46,602 bases of DNA, from positions 1 to 46,602 of the forward strand of contig DASWER010000428.1 in NCBI GenBank assembly GCA_036394655.1. Reading direction: 5' to 3'. This DNA is from Burkholderiales bacterium (lineage in GTDB: Bacteria > Pseudomonadota > Gammaproteobacteria > Burkholderiales > SG8-39). This document shows, one piece after another, positions 25,775-35,852 of this stretch; position 1 is the stretch's first letter; each line of letters starts with the position of its first letter. The notes beneath the pieces are model-generated. The model was given only the letters and a program-made list of their open reading frames with translations, was not told where the DNA came from and did no database searches. The position numbers and the translations under genes are program-made.

Positions 25775-28291
25775 TTACAGACTTCGGGCGACTTCCAGCA
25801 CCTCGAAGACTTCGAACTGGTCCTTCTCCTTCAGGTCATCGAAGTTCTTGAGCGACATGCCGCACTCGAAGCCGGCCTTCACCTCGCGCACGTCGTCCTT
25901 GAAGCGCTTCAGGGAATCGATCTCGCCGGTGTGGATCACGACGTTGTCGCGCAGCACCCGCACCTGCGCACCGCGCTTCACCAGGCCCTCGAGCACATAG
26001 CAGCCGGCGACGGTGCCGATCTTCGAGATGCGGAACACCTGGCGTACTTCCACCAGGCCGAGGACCGATTCCTTCTTCTCCGGCGAGAGCATGCCCGAGA
26101 GCGCGGCCTTGATCTCGTCGACCGCCTCGTAAATGATGTTGTAGTAGCGGATCTGGACACCGGAGGACTCGGCGAGCTTGCGCGCGGTCGCGTCGGCGCG
26201 CGTGTTGAAGCCCACGATCACGGCGCGCGCCGCCATTGCCAGGTTGACGTCCGACTCGGTGATGCCGCCGACGCCGGCGTGCACCACGGTGACCTTCACC
26301 TCCTCGTCGCCCAGACGGGTCAGCGCATGGATCAGTGCTTCCTGCGAGCCCTGCACGTCGGCCTTGATCACGAGGTTGAGGGCTTTCTTGCCGCTCTCGG
26401 CCATGTGCTCGAACACGTTCTCGAGCTTGGCCGCGTGCTGCTTGGCAAACTTGACGTCGCGGAACTTGCCCTGGCGGAACAGCGCGATCTCGCGCGCCTT
26501 GCGCTCGTCGGTAAGCACCATCATGTCTTCGCCGGCGTTCGGCACCTCCGACAGACCCTGAATCTCCACCGGAATCGAGGGACCCGCCGCCTGCACCGGC
26601 TTGCCGTTCTCGTCGAGCATCGCGCGCACGCGGCCGAACACCGCGCCCGTGAGCACGATATCGCCTCGATTCAGCGTCCCGGACTGGATCAGCAGCGTGG
26701 CTACGGGACCTTTGCCCTTGTCGAGACGCGCCTCGATGACCACGCCCTTGGCCGGAGCGTCGGCCGGGGCCCTGAGTTCGAGCACCTCGGCCTGCAGCAG
26801 CAGCTGCTCGAGCAGCTCGTCGACGCCCTTGCCGGTCTTGGCCGATACCGGCATCACCGGCGAGTCGCCGCCGAACTCCTCGGGCACGACGCCGTGAGCG
26901 AGCAGCTCCTGCTTCACCTTGTCGGGGTTCGCCTCGTGCTTGTCGATCTTGTTCAGCGCCACCACCAGCGGCACCTTCGCCGCTTTGGCATGGTTGATCG
27001 CCTCGATGGTCTGCGGCATGACGCCGTCGTCTGCAGCAACGACCAGCACCACGATGTCGGTGACCTTGGCGCCGCGCGCGCGCATCGCCGTGAAGGCCTC
27101 GTGGCCGGGCGTATCGAGGAAGGTGATCACGCCTCGCGAGGTCTCCACGTGATAGGCGCCGATGTGCTGCGTGATGCCGCCCGCCTCGCCGGCCGCGACC
27201 TTGGTGCGCCGGATGTAGTCGAGCAGCGAAGTCTTGCCATGGTCGACGTGTCCCATCACCGTCACCACCGGCGGGCGCGGCTTGAGCTCGCTGCCGCCGG
27301 CGACCGGCTCGGCGGTCTCGGCGAGGAAGGATTCGGGATCATCGAGCTTCGCGGCCTTGGCCTTGTGCCCCATCTCCTCGACCACGATCATCGCGGTTTC
27401 CTGGTCGAGCACCTGGTTGATGGTCGCCATGCTGCCGAGCTTCATCAGCACCTTGATCACCTCGGCGGCCTTCACCGACATGCGGTGCGCGAGCTCGCCG
27501 ACGGCGATCGTCTCCGGCACCGGAATCTCGCGTACCAGCGGCTCGGTCGGCTGGGCGAACGTCGTCTGCTCGCCGCTTGACCCCTGGCGATGCCGGCCGC
27601 CGCCCCGGGCGTGCCAGCCGGCAACGCCGCCGCCGGCGTCGCCGCGCGTCTTGATCGTGCGCCGGCGCGCCGAATCGTCGCGCAGCACCGTGGTGGGCTT
27701 TGCCTTCTTCGGCCTCTTCTCCGCCTTGGCGTCCGCGGCGGGCTTCGGCGCATGCAGCGTGGTCGCAGCTGCAGGTGATGCGGCCGCGGCCGCCTCGGCC
27801 GCTTTCTGCTCGGCTTCCTTGCGCTCGCGCTCCTGCTTCTCGCGCAGCTCGTTCGCCTGCAGCTCGGCGAGCTGCTGCTGGCGCTTCGCTTCCACTTCGC
27901 GCAGCTCGATCTGCTTTTGATCGATGGTCGGCGCGGGCGGCGGTGGCGGCGGCGGTGCTTCGGCGGCGACCGCCGCGGCGGTGACCTCGTTGGGGTCGCG
28001 CTTGACGAACACACGCTTCTTGCGCACCTCGACCTGCACGGTGCGGTATTTGCCCGTGGCGTCGGTCTTGCGGATCTCGCTCGTCTGCTTGCGGGTGAGC
28101 GTGATCTTGTTCTTCGCCTCGGCCGAGCCATGCGTGCGGCGCAGGTACTCGAGCAGGCGGGACTTGTCGGTGTCGGTGAGCGAGTCTTCCGGCACGCGCT
28201 TGTCGACCCCCGCGGCGCGCAGCTGCTCGAGCAGCACGGAAGGCGGGACTTTAAGTTCGCTCGCGAACTGGGCTACGCTCGTATGAGCCAT
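25775..28291 (-). CDS. infB: Translation initiation factor IF-2
   Basis: 838 aa with the G domain ([28 protein letters not shown]) and a low-complexity K/E/A/P N-terminal region. Confidence 0.96.
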   Translation of the reverse strand: MAHTSVAQFASELKVPPSVLLEQLRAAGVDKRVPEDSLTDTDKSRLLEYLRRTHGSAEAKNKITLTRKQTSEIRKTDATGKYRTVQVEVRKKRVFVKRDPNEVTAAAVAAEAPPPPPPPAPTIDQKQIELREVEAKRQQQLAELQANELREKQERERKEAEQKAAEAAAAASPAAATTLHAPKPAADAKAEKRPKKAKPTTVLRDDSARRRTIKTRGDAGGGVAGWHARGGGRHRQGSSGEQTTFAQPTEPLVREIPVPETIAVGELAHRMSVKAAEVIKVLMKLGSMATINQVLDQETAMIVVEEMGHKAKAAKLDDPESFLAETAEPVAGGSELKPRPPVVTVMGHVDHGKTSLLDYIRRTKVAAGEAGGITQHIGAYHVETSRGVITFLDTPGHEAFTAMRARGAKVTDIVVLVVAADDGVMPQTIEAINHAKAAKVPLVVALNKIDKHEANPDKVKQELLAHGVVPEEFGGDSPVMPVSAKTGKGVDELLEQLLLQAEVLELRAPADAPAKGVVIEARLDKGKGPVATLLIQSGTLNRGDIVLTGAVFGRVRAMLDENGKPVQAAGPSIPVEIQGLSEVPNAGEDMMVLTDERKAREIALFRQGKFRDVKFAKQHAAKLENVFEHMAESGKKALNLVIKADVQGSQEALIHALTRLGDEEVKVTVVHAGVGGITESDVNLAMAARAVIVGFNTRADATARKLAESSGVQIRYYNIIYEAVDEIKAALSGMLSPEKKESVLGLVEVRQVFRISKIGTVAGCYVLEGLVKRGAQVRVLRDNVVIHTGEIDSLKRFKDDVREVKAGFECGMSLKNFDDLKEKDQFEVFEVLEVARSL

Positions 28292-28293
28292 CG

Positions 28294-29844
28294 TTACGCG
28301 GCCTCCTTGCTGTTAGCCGGTTTTACGGCTGCAGCAGACTCGGTGAACCAGTGGGCGCGGGCGGCCATGATCAGCTTCTTGGCTTTTTCCTCGTCGAGCT
28401 GGGTCAGCTCGGCGAGCTCGTCCACGGCAAGGTCGGCGAGATCGTCACGCCTCTTGATCCCGGATTCGACCAGCTTGGCGGCGAGCTGCGTGTCCATGCC
28501 TTCGAGTTTCAGCAGCTCGGGGTCGACCCCTTCCATCTTCTCTTCGTTGGCGATCGCGGCCACCAGCAGCGCGTTGCGCGCGCGGTTGCGCAGTTCATTG
28601 ACCGTGTCCTCGTCGAACGACTGGATCTCGAGCAGCTCGTTGATCGGCACGTAGGCGATCTCTTCCAGGGTGGAAAAGCCCTCCTCGATGAGGATGTTGG
28701 CGACCTCCTCGTCGACGTCGAGCTTCTCGATGAAAGTGCCCTTGATGCGGCCGCTCTCTTCCTGCTGCTTCTTGGTCGACTCTTCCTCGGTCATCAGGTT
28801 GATCTGCCAGCCGGTGAGATCGGAGGCGAGGCGCACGTTCTGGCCGCTGCGGCCGATGGCCACCGCAAGATTCTCTTCATCCACCACCACGTCCATCGCA
28901 TGCTTTTCTTCGTCGACCACGATCGACGACACCTCGGCCGGCGCCAGAGCGCCGATCACGAACTGCGCCGGGTCCGCCGACCACAGCACGATGTCGACGC
29001 GCTCGCCGGCGAGCTCCTGCGTCACCGCCTGCACGCGCGAGCCGCGCATGCCGACGCAAGTGCCGATCGGGTCGATGCGCTTGTCGTTGGTGTGCACCCC
29101 GATCTTGGCGCGAATGCCCGGATCGCGTGCCGCGGATTTGATTTCCAGCAGGCCTTCCTCGATCTCGGGGACCTCGAGCTCGAACAGCTTCATGATGAAT
29201 TGCGGCGCGGTGCGCGAAAGGATGAGCTGCGGCCCGCGCGCCTGGCGGTCGATCTTCGCCACCCAGGCACGCACGCGATCGCCGACGCGCAGGTTTTCCT
29301 TCGGGATCATGTGCTCGCGCGGCAGCAGCGCTTCGAGGCGGCCGGATTCGATGATCGCGTTGCCGCGCTCCATGCGCTTTACGGTGCCGGTCACCAGCTC
29401 ATCGCCGCGCGACAGGAAGTCGTTGAGTATTTGCTCGCGCTCGGCGTCGCGGATGCGCTGCAGGATCACCTGCTTGGCGGTCTGCGCGCCGATGCGGCCG
29501 AACTCGACGTTCGGGATGGGCGCTTCGATCACGTCGTCGATCTTGGCGTCGGCTTTGCCACGGTCCTGGGCTTCCTCGACCGAAAGCATTTGGGCCGTAT
29601 TCCAGTCGGGCGCGTCATCGGCCAGCACCCGCCAGCGGCGGAACGACTCGTAGGCGCCGGTGTTCTTGTCGATCGCCACCCGCACATCGATGTCCTCGGT
29701 GTATTTCTTCTTGGTGGCCGACGCGAGCGCCATCTCAAGGGCGCTGAACACGATGTCGCGCGGGACGTTCTTCTCCCGGGCCAGAACATCGACCAGCATC
29801 ACCAATTCCCGATTACCTGCTACTACTGGATTGCTCGCTGCCAC
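28294..29844 (-). CDS. nusA: Transcription termination/antitermination factor NusA
   Basis: 516 aa with S1, KH1/KH2 and two C-terminal acidic HhH repeats. GTG start at 29844 has GAGGA 7 nt upstream. Confidence 0.94.
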   Translation of the reverse strand: MAASNPVVAGNRELVMLVDVLAREKNVPRDIVFSALEMALASATKKKYTEDIDVRVAIDKNTGAYESFRRWRVLADDAPDWNTAQMLSVEEAQDRGKADAKIDDVIEAPIPNVEFGRIGAQTAKQVILQRIRDAEREQILNDFLSRGDELVTGTVKRMERGNAIIESGRLEALLPREHMIPKENLRVGDRVRAWVAKIDRQARGPQLILSRTAPQFIMKLFELEVPEIEEGLLEIKSAARDPGIRAKIGVHTNDKRIDPIGTCVGMRGSRVQAVTQELAGERVDIVLWSADPAQFVIGALAPAEVSSIVVDEEKHAMDVVVDEENLAVAIGRSGQNVRLASDLTGWQINLMTEEESTKKQQEESGRIKGTFIEKLDVDEEVANILIEEGFSTLEEIAYVPINELLEIQSFDEDTVNELRNRARNALLVAAIANEEKMEGVDPELLKLEGMDTQLAAKLVESGIKRRDDLADLAVDELAELTQLDEEKAKKLIMAARAHWFTESAAAVKPANSKEAA

Positions 29845-29854
29845 CTTTTAATCC

Positions 29855-30292
29855 TCACAATTCCGGCACCAGCCGCGCCCGCTCGACATCGTCGAGCGCG
29901 AGCCGCACCGTGGTCTGTCCTTCCAGCTCCATCGCCACGCGGCCCTCTTCGGCGCCGCGCAGCACCCCCACGAACCTGCGACGTCCCGTCGCATCGGGCG
30001 TGCGCATCCGCACATCCGCCTTGTGGCCGGCGAAGCGCGCAAAATCGCCCGCCTTGCGCAACGGCCGGTCGAGACCCGGGGAAGAAACTTCCAGCCGATC
30101 GTATTCGATGCCTTCGACCTCGAACACGCGGCTCAGCTGCCGGCTTACTGCCGCGCAGTCCTCGACATCGATGCCGCCGGGCTTGTCGATGAACAGGCGC
30201 AACATCCGACCCCCGTTCGCCGCCTGCAGCTCGACGAGCTCGTACCCCATGCCGGCCACTACCGGCTCCACGACTGCTTCCACTGCTGCCAT
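29855..30292 (-). CDS. rimP: Ribosome maturation factor RimP
   Basis: Frame of ORF 29855..30316. I prefer ATG 30292 (MAAVEAVVEPVVAGMGYELVELQ...) because the track's TTG 30316 lies inside the terminator U-tract. Confidence 0.85.
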   Translation of the reverse strand: MAAVEAVVEPVVAGMGYELVELQAANGGRMLRLFIDKPGGIDVEDCAAVSRQLSRVFEVEGIEYDRLEVSSPGLDRPLRKAGDFARFAGHKADVRMRTPDATGRRRFVGVLRGAEEGRVAMELEGQTTVRLALDDVERARLVPEL

Positions 30293-30310
30293 AAAATTCG
30301 CCGGGCGCTG

Positions 30311-30335
30311 AAACAAAAAATGGGCCGAAGCCCAT
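30311..30335 (-). terminator. Rho-independent terminator after rluB, in the rimP leader
   Basis: Minus strand reads ATGGGC-TTCG-GCCCAT followed by TTTTTTGTTT. Confidence 0.75.
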
Positions 30336-30363
30336 CTCTTCCCAGCACCATCAAAGCTTTTGA

Positions 30364-30392
30364 AGTTTAACAGGATTTCACTTCACGAACAA
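30364..30392 (-). promoter_or_regulatory. Candidate promoter for rimP-nusA-infB overlapping the rluB 3' end
   Basis: Minus strand reads TTGTTC (30392..30387), a 17-nt spacer, then TAAACT (30369..30364), upstream of the hairpin and rimP. Confidence 0.25.
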
Positions 30393-31172
30393 CTCCCGAA
30401 GCTGTTCTGGCGCGAGCTCGCGCCACTCGCCGGGCTTAAGATCGCGAGGCAGCTCCACGCTGCCGTAGCGCACCCGCAGAAGCCGGCTGACGCGTGCGCC
30501 GACCGCCTCGAACATGCGCCGCACCTCCCGGTTGCGCCCTTCCTTCAGCATCACGCGATACCAGCGATTGCTTCCGGGCGCGGCACGCGGATCCGTGGGC
30601 TCGATGCGGTCGAAGGCGGCCTGACCGTCGTCTAGCGCCACGCCGCGGCGCAGCCTTTCCATATCCACCGGCCCTTGGGCGCGCACCGCGTACTCTCGCT
30701 CGATCTCGTAGCGCGGATGCATCAGCCGGTTGGCAAGCTCGCCGTCGTCGGTGAAAAGCAGCAACCCCGCGCTATTGAGGTCCAGCCGCCCCACCGCGAC
30801 CCAGCGCCCCGGCGGCAGGCGCGCAAACACCGTCGGGCGCCCCTGCGGGTCGCTGCGGGTGACGAGCTCACCTTCGGGCTTGTTATAGATGAGGACGCGG
30901 CCTGCCGCTTTCAATCCGAGGCTGACCGGTCGCCCATCGACTGCAACTTCGTCGCCCGGCAGCGCGCGATCGCCGAGCTTGGCCACGCGCCCGCCGACCG
31001 TGACGCGGCCGGCTTCGATCCAGGACTCGATGGTGCGACGCGAGCCTAGACCGGCGGCCGCGAGCAGCTTCTGCAGCCGCTCGGCCCGCTTCTCAGCCTC
31101 CGGTACCGGTGGCTGCTTCGGGTTCGGCGTTGGCGGGACGGGTGCCGGCTTCGGCGGTCTGGACCGGCTCAA
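30378..31172 (-). CDS. rluB: 23S rRNA pseudouridine(2605) synthase RluB-like
   Basis: 264 aa with an S4 domain ([16 protein letters not shown]) and the catalytic [19 protein letters not shown]. The only start in the open frame is TTG 31172, which overlaps the scpB 3' end by 80 nt. Confidence 0.85.
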   Translation of the reverse strand: MSRSRPPKPAPVPPTPNPKQPPVPEAEKRAERLQKLLAAAGLGSRRTIESWIEAGRVTVGGRVAKLGDRALPGDEVAVDGRPVSLGLKAAGRVLIYNKPEGELVTRSDPQGRPTVFARLPPGRWVAVGRLDLNSAGLLLFTDDGELANRLMHPRYEIEREYAVRAQGPVDMERLRRGVALDDGQAAFDRIEPTDPRAAPGSNRWYRVMLKEGRNREVRRMFEAVGARVSRLLRVRYGSVELPRDLKPGEWRELAPEQLRELFVK

Positions 31173-31701
31173 GCTGGAGGGTCTTGGCGATTTCCTCGAG
31201 CGGCGGCAGCTCCTCGAGCGAGCGCAGGCCGAGGTCGTCGAGGAACTTGCGGGTGGTGGCGTAAAGCGCCGGGCGGCCCGGCGTTTCGCGATGGCCGACC
31301 ACGTCGATCCAGGCGCGGGCTTCCAGGCTCTGGATGATCTGGGTCGAGACGGTCACGCCGCGGATGTCCTCGATGTCGCCGCGGGTTACCGGCTGGCGGT
31401 AGGCGATGATCGCCAGCGTCTCCATGACCGCGCGGGAATAGCGCGGCGATTTCTCGGGAGCCAGGCGCTCGATGTAGGGGCCGAACTCCGCGGTGGTCTG
31501 GAAACGCCAGCCGCTCGCCACGTTGACCAGCTCGACCGCCCGGCCCTTCCACTCCTGCGCCAGCTCGCCGAGGAGATTGCGCAGCGTATCGGTGGCGACT
31601 TCGCCGCCGAAAAGGCGCTTCAGCTCAGGGAGTCCCAGCGGTTCGGGAGAGGCCAGCAGCGCAGCCTCGAGTACTCGCTTTACGTCAGATGGGCTGCGCA
31701 T
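31093..31701 (-). CDS. scpB: Segregation and condensation protein B
   Basis: 202 aa with [28 protein letters not shown]...GRPALYATT, the ScpB winged-helix repeats. Confidence 0.9.
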   Translation of the reverse strand: MRSPSDVKRVLEAALLASPEPLGLPELKRLFGGEVATDTLRNLLGELAQEWKGRAVELVNVASGWRFQTTAEFGPYIERLAPEKSPRYSRAVMETLAIIAYRQPVTRGDIEDIRGVTVSTQIIQSLEARAWIDVVGHRETPGRPALYATTRKFLDDLGLRSLEELPPLEEIAKTLQLEPVQTAEAGTRPANAEPEAATGTGG

Positions 31702-32458
31702 ACCCTAATTTAATATAAATCGGGGCGAAGCACTCGGACTGCGTGATTTCGACGAGCAGCTCGCGCGCCAGCTCGAGCAGCGCGAGGAAGGTGACGACCA
31801 GCACCGGCACACCGCGCTCCGGATCGAAAAGTTCCGAGAACTCAAGGACCCGCCGCTCGCGCAGCGCGCGCAGGATGCCGCTCATGTGCTCGCGCACGGA
31901 AAGCTCCTCGCGCGAGATGTGGTGATGACGCGACAGGCGCGCGCGATGCAGGAGGCCGCGCCAGGCTTCGGCCAGGTCCTGCGCGTTGACCTGCGGCAGG
32001 CGCTCGGCGATCGTGCGCTCGATCCACACCGAGATCGCGATCACATCCCGGCCGACCTGCGGCAGCTCGTCCAGCGCGTTGGCCGCTTTCTTCATCTGCT
32101 CGTACTCGAGCAGCCGCCTGACCAGTTCGGCGCGCGGGTCTTCCTCGGTCGGCTCGGCCGACGGCGGGCGCGGCAGCAGCAGGCGCGACTTGATCTCCAT
32201 CAGCATCGCGGCCATCACCAGGTACTCGGCCGCGAGCTCGAGATTCTTCGACCGCATGATCTCGACATACTCCAGGTACTGGCGCGTGAGCGGCGCCATC
32301 GGGATGTCCAGGATGTCCAGATTTTCTTTTCGGATCAGATACAAAAGCAGATCGAGCGGCCCCTCGAAGGCTTCCAGCACCACTTCCAGCGCGTCGGGCG
32401 GAATGTAGAGATCGACCGGCAGCTCGATCACCGGCTCGCCGTAGAGCTTCGCCGTCAT
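31685..32458 (-). CDS. scpA: Segregation and condensation protein A
   Basis: Frame of ORF 31685..32689, starting at ATG 32458 ([44 protein letters not shown]). This ATG overlaps the trpS stop (ATGA). Confidence 0.9.
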   Translation of the reverse strand: MTAKLYGEPVIELPVDLYIPPDALEVVLEAFEGPLDLLLYLIRKENLDILDIPMAPLTRQYLEYVEIMRSKNLELAAEYLVMAAMLMEIKSRLLLPRPPSAEPTEEDPRAELVRRLLEYEQMKKAANALDELPQVGRDVIAISVWIERTIAERLPQVNAQDLAEAWRGLLHRARLSRHHHISREELSVREHMSGILRALRERRVLEFSELFDPERGVPVLVVTFLALLELARELLVEITQSECFAPIYIKLGYAQPI

Positions 32459-33660
32459 CACGTGTAAGCGAGCCCCATCGCTTCGCGCACTTCGCGCATG
32501 GTTTCCTCGGCGAGCCGCCGCGCCTTCTCGCAACCGTCGGCGATGATGTTTTTCACCAGCGTCGGGTCGTCGAGATAGGCCTGGGCGCGCTCGCGGATCG
32601 GCGCGAGCTCGGCCTGGATCGCCTCGATTACCGGCTGCTTGCATTCCAGGCAGCCGATGCCGGCCGTGGTGCAGCCTTTCCGCACCCATTGCTTACGCTC
32701 GTCGTCCGAATACACGAGATGCAAGGCCCAGACCGGGCACTTCTCGGGCGTGCCGGGGTCGGTGCGCTTCACGCGCGCCGGGTCGGTCGGCATGGTCTTG
32801 ATCTTCTTGGCGATCACCTCCGGCTCGTCGCGCAGCGCGATGGTGTTGCCGTAGGACTTCGACATTTTCTGGCCATCCAGGCCCGGCAGGCGCGGCGCCT
32901 CGGTCAGAAGTGCTTCCGGCTCGACCAGGATCTTCTTGCCGCCGCCTTCGAGCCAGCCGTACAGGCGCTCGCGATCGCCGCGCGACAGGTTCTGTTGCTC
33001 TTCGAGCAGTGCCTGCGCCTTGGAGAGCGCCTCGGCTTCGCCGTGCTCCAGGAACTTGGTGCGCAACTCGTTGAGGAGGCGCGCTTTCTTGGTGCCCATT
33101 TTCTTTACCGCGGCCTTCGCCTTCTCCTCGTAGCCCGGCTCGCGGCCATAGAGGTGGTTGAAGCGCCGGGCCACCTCGCGCGAGAACTCGATGTGCGGCA
33201 CCTGGTCCTCGCCGACCGGCACGTACCTGGCGCGGTAGATCAGGATGTCGGCCGACTGAAGCAGCGGATAGCCGAGAAAGCCGTAAGTAGTGAGGTCCTT
33301 CTCGGCGAGCTTCTCCTGCTGATCCTTGTAGGTCGGCACGCGCTCGAGCCAGCCGAGCGGCGCCATCATCGAGAGCAGCAGGTGCAACTCGGCGTGCTCC
33401 GGCACCTGCGACTGGACGAACAGGATCGCCTGGCTCGGATCGACGCCGGCGGCGAGCCAGTCGATCACCATGTCGATACCGCTCTGCTGAAGATCTCCCG
33501 GCTTCTCGTAGTCCGTGGTCAGCGCGTGCCAGTCGGCCACGAAGAACAGGCAGACGTACTCCGCCTGGAGGCGGATCCAGTTCCTGAGCACGCCGTGGTA
33601 GTGGCCAAGATGCAGGCTCCCCGTCGGCCGCATGCCGGAGAGCACCCGTGTTTCGTACAT
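32458..33660 (-). CDS. trpS: Tryptophan--tRNA ligase
   Basis: Frame of ORF 32458..33795, starting at ATG 33660 (MYETRVLSGMRPTGSLHLGHYHG). HIGH-type motif HLGH and KMSKS are both present. 400 aa. Confidence 0.92.
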   Translation of the reverse strand: MYETRVLSGMRPTGSLHLGHYHGVLRNWIRLQAEYVCLFFVADWHALTTDYEKPGDLQQSGIDMVIDWLAAGVDPSQAILFVQSQVPEHAELHLLLSMMAPLGWLERVPTYKDQQEKLAEKDLTTYGFLGYPLLQSADILIYRARYVPVGEDQVPHIEFSREVARRFNHLYGREPGYEEKAKAAVKKMGTKKARLLNELRTKFLEHGEAEALSKAQALLEEQQNLSRGDRERLYGWLEGGGKKILVEPEALLTEAPRLPGLDGQKMSKSYGNTIALRDEPEVIAKKIKTMPTDPARVKRTDPGTPEKCPVWALHLVYSDDERKQWVRKGCTTAGIGCLECKQPVIEAIQAELAPIRERAQAYLDDPTLVKNIIADGCEKARRLAEETMREVREAMGLAYT

Positions 33661-33662
33661 CG

Positions 33663-34328
33663 TTAGAAAACCAGCGCCCGGATCAGCGCGCCGGAAGCGC
33701 CGACCAGCGGCTCGAGCACGAAGGCGAGCACATTGGTGACCAGCAACAGCACGAGCAACGGCAGACCGAAGGGCTCGAGCCTTGCGTACTGCCACGCGGC
33801 GCGCGTCGGCAGCAGGCTCGCGACGATGCGGCCGCCGTCGAGCGGCAGGATCGGCAGCAGGTTGAGGAACATGAAAATCAGGTTGACGAAGATCCCGGCC
33901 TGCGCCATCAGGCCGAGCGGTTGGGAGAAGCCGTTGGCCGGCAGCAGCACTGCGAGTTTTAGCGCGAGCACCCAGATGAGCGCCATGACGAGATTTGCGC
34001 CGGGCCCCGCCGCCGCGACCAGCGCCATGTGCTGGCGCGGCTTGCGCAACGCCGAGTAGTTCACCGGCACCGGCTTCGCCCAGCCGAAGAGCAGGCCGCC
34101 GCCGCCGATCAGCTTGGAGGTCAGCACGAGGATCACCAGCGGCACGATGATCGTGCCGACGATGTCGATATGGCGGATCGGATTCAGGCTGATGCGGCCC
34201 TGCGCGTGCGCCGTCATATCGCCGAAATGGCGCGCGACATAGCCATGCGCCGCCTCGTGCAGCGTGATCGCGAACAGCACCGGAAGGGCGTAGATGGCGA
34301 CCGTCTGTACGAGTGAGTTGACGTCCAT
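33663..34328 (-). CDS. Site-2 protease family (M50) membrane metalloprotease
   Basis: 221 aa with HEAAHG (HExxH) in the first TM segment. Multiple hydrophobic segments. Confidence 0.8.
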   Translation of the reverse strand: MDVNSLVQTVAIYALPVLFAITLHEAAHGYVARHFGDMTAHAQGRISLNPIRHIDIVGTIIVPLVILVLTSKLIGGGGLLFGWAKPVPVNYSALRKPRQHMALVAAAGPGANLVMALIWVLALKLAVLLPANGFSQPLGLMAQAGIFVNLIFMFLNLLPILPLDGGRIVASLLPTRAAWQYARLEPFGLPLLVLLLVTNVLAFVLEPLVGASGALIRALVF

Positions 34329-34356
34329 CTGCGAAGACCGATTCTATCAGACGGTA

Positions 34357-34989
34357 TCAGACGGCCTCCACCGCGAAGGGCGCGAGCGAGCCGCTTCCCT
34401 TGCGCAGGACGAGCGGTGTGTCGCCCGTCAAATCGATCACCGTGCTGGGCTCGGTGCCGCACGAACCGGCGTCGATCACGAGGTCGATGCTGCGCTCCAG
34501 CCGCGCGCGAATCTCCTCTGGCTCGGAGAGCGGCTGCTCGTCCCCGGGCAGGAGCAGCGTCGCCGAAAGCATCGGCTCGTCGAGCTCCGCCAGCAGCGCG
34601 TGCGCCACCGGATGACCCGGCACGCGCACGCCGATGGTCTTGCGCTTCGGATGCACCGAGCGCCGCGGCAGCTCGCGCCGTGCGCGCAGGATGAACGTAT
34701 AGCTGCCGGGCGTGGCGCGCTTCATGAGGCGAAAGCGCGCATCGTCGACCACGGCGTAGGCCGCGATCTCCGACAGGTCGCGGCACATGAGCGTCAAATG
34801 GTGCCGCTCGTCGATGCCGCGCGCGCGACGCAGACGCTCGAGCGCTTTGCTCGAGGTGGTCAGGCAGCCCAGCGCGTAGCACGAGTCCGTCGGATAGGCG
34901 ATGAGGCCATCGGCGCGCACGATGTTCGCGGCGCGGTGGATGAGGCGCGCCTGCGGATGCGTCGGATGGATGGAGAAATACTGTGCCAT
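34357..34989 (-). CDS. YrdC/YciO-family L-threonylcarbamoyladenylate synthase-like protein
   Basis: 210 aa with IAYPTDSCYALGC and RLMKRATPGSYTFIL, typical of the YrdC/Sua5/YciO fold. Confidence 0.8.
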   Translation of the reverse strand: MAQYFSIHPTHPQARLIHRAANIVRADGLIAYPTDSCYALGCLTTSSKALERLRRARGIDERHHLTLMCRDLSEIAAYAVVDDARFRLMKRATPGSYTFILRARRELPRRSVHPKRKTIGVRVPGHPVAHALLAELDEPMLSATLLLPGDEQPLSEPEEIRARLERSIDLVIDAGSCGTEPSTVIDLTGDTPLVLRKGSGSLAPFAVEAV

Positions 34990-35852
34990 CAGCTCGTGAG
35001 ATGTTCCTCGATCAGCTGCGCCACGGTTTCCGGCTGATCGTGGTGCAGCATATGCCCGGCCTGCGGCAACGTCACGTAGCGCAAATGCTTGAACTCGGCA
35101 CGGCGCTCGGCATGCTGCGCCTCATCGAGGCCGATGCGCTTGAGCGTGGTCGATTCGGCACCGTCGACCCACAGCAGCGGCGCGCGCACCTGCCGCCAGC
35201 AGGCGCGTGCTTCCTCATAACGGTAAAGCACCGGGTTCACGATCTTGTGGGCCGGGTCGCCGCGCAGCACGACCGTCCCCTCCTCCGTCTGCCGGCCCCA
35301 ATGCTGCGCCAGATATTCGGCGCGCTCGGCGCTGAGCCGCGGGTTGCCTTCACGCAGCCGCTTCGCCAGCTCGCCGAAATTCGCGTAGGGCCGGAATCCC
35401 GGCCGGTCGTGCAGCTCTTCGAGCCAGCGCGCGTAGCGCCTGGGGGCATCGTCGGGACGCGTTGCGGTCATGCCGAAACCCTCCAGGTTCACGAGCTTCA
35501 TCACGCGCTCGGGCCGCACGCCGGCATACATGCACGCCACATTGCCGCCGAGACTGTGGCCGACGAGATGCACCGTGCCGCCGAAGACATCGAGCAAGAA
35601 GTCCAGATCGGCGATGTAGTCCGGAAACCAGTAGCAGTCCGACCTGCCCCAGTCGGTCAGCCCATAACCGCGCCAATCCGGCGCATAGATATCCCACTCG
35701 CCGCGCAGCGCGTCGACCAGGAACTGGAACGACGCCGACACGTCCATCCAGCCGTGGAGCAGCACGACCTTCGGTGCGCCTGGCGCCGGCCAGCGGCGCA
35801 CGTGGTAGCGCAGGCCGCGCACCTCGAGGAACAGCGATTCGCTAGCGCGCAA
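34989..35852 (-). CDS. Alpha/beta-fold hydrolase
   Basis: 287 aa with VVLLHGW and the nucleophile elbow GHSLGG. TTG start overlaps the dadA-like stop by 11 nt. Confidence 0.8.
   Translation of the reverse strand: MRASESLFLEVRGLRYHVRRWPAPGAPKVVLLHGWMDVSASFQFLVDALRGEWDIYAPDWRGYGLTDWGRSDCYWFPDYIADLDFLLDVFGGTVHLVGHSLGGNVACMYAGVRPERVMKLVNLEGFGMTATRPDDAPRRYARWLEELHDRPGFRPYANFGELAKRLREGNPRLSAERAEYLAQHWGRQTEEGTVVLRGDPAHKIVNPVLYRYEEARACWRQVRAPLLWVDGAESTTLKRIGLDEAQHAERRAEFKHLRYVTLPQAGHMLHHDQPETVAQLIEEHLTS

Noticed and set aside
33661-33662. T-box or Trp-leader regulation of trpS
   Set aside because: trpS starts 2 nt after the upstream M50 protease stop, so there is no leader region to hold such an element.
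34345-34364. Tandem direct repeat TATCAGACGG x2 across the yciO-family stop codon
   Set aside because: Two copies of 10 nt only, consistent with a small slippage duplication. No further copies were noticed and no structure is implied.
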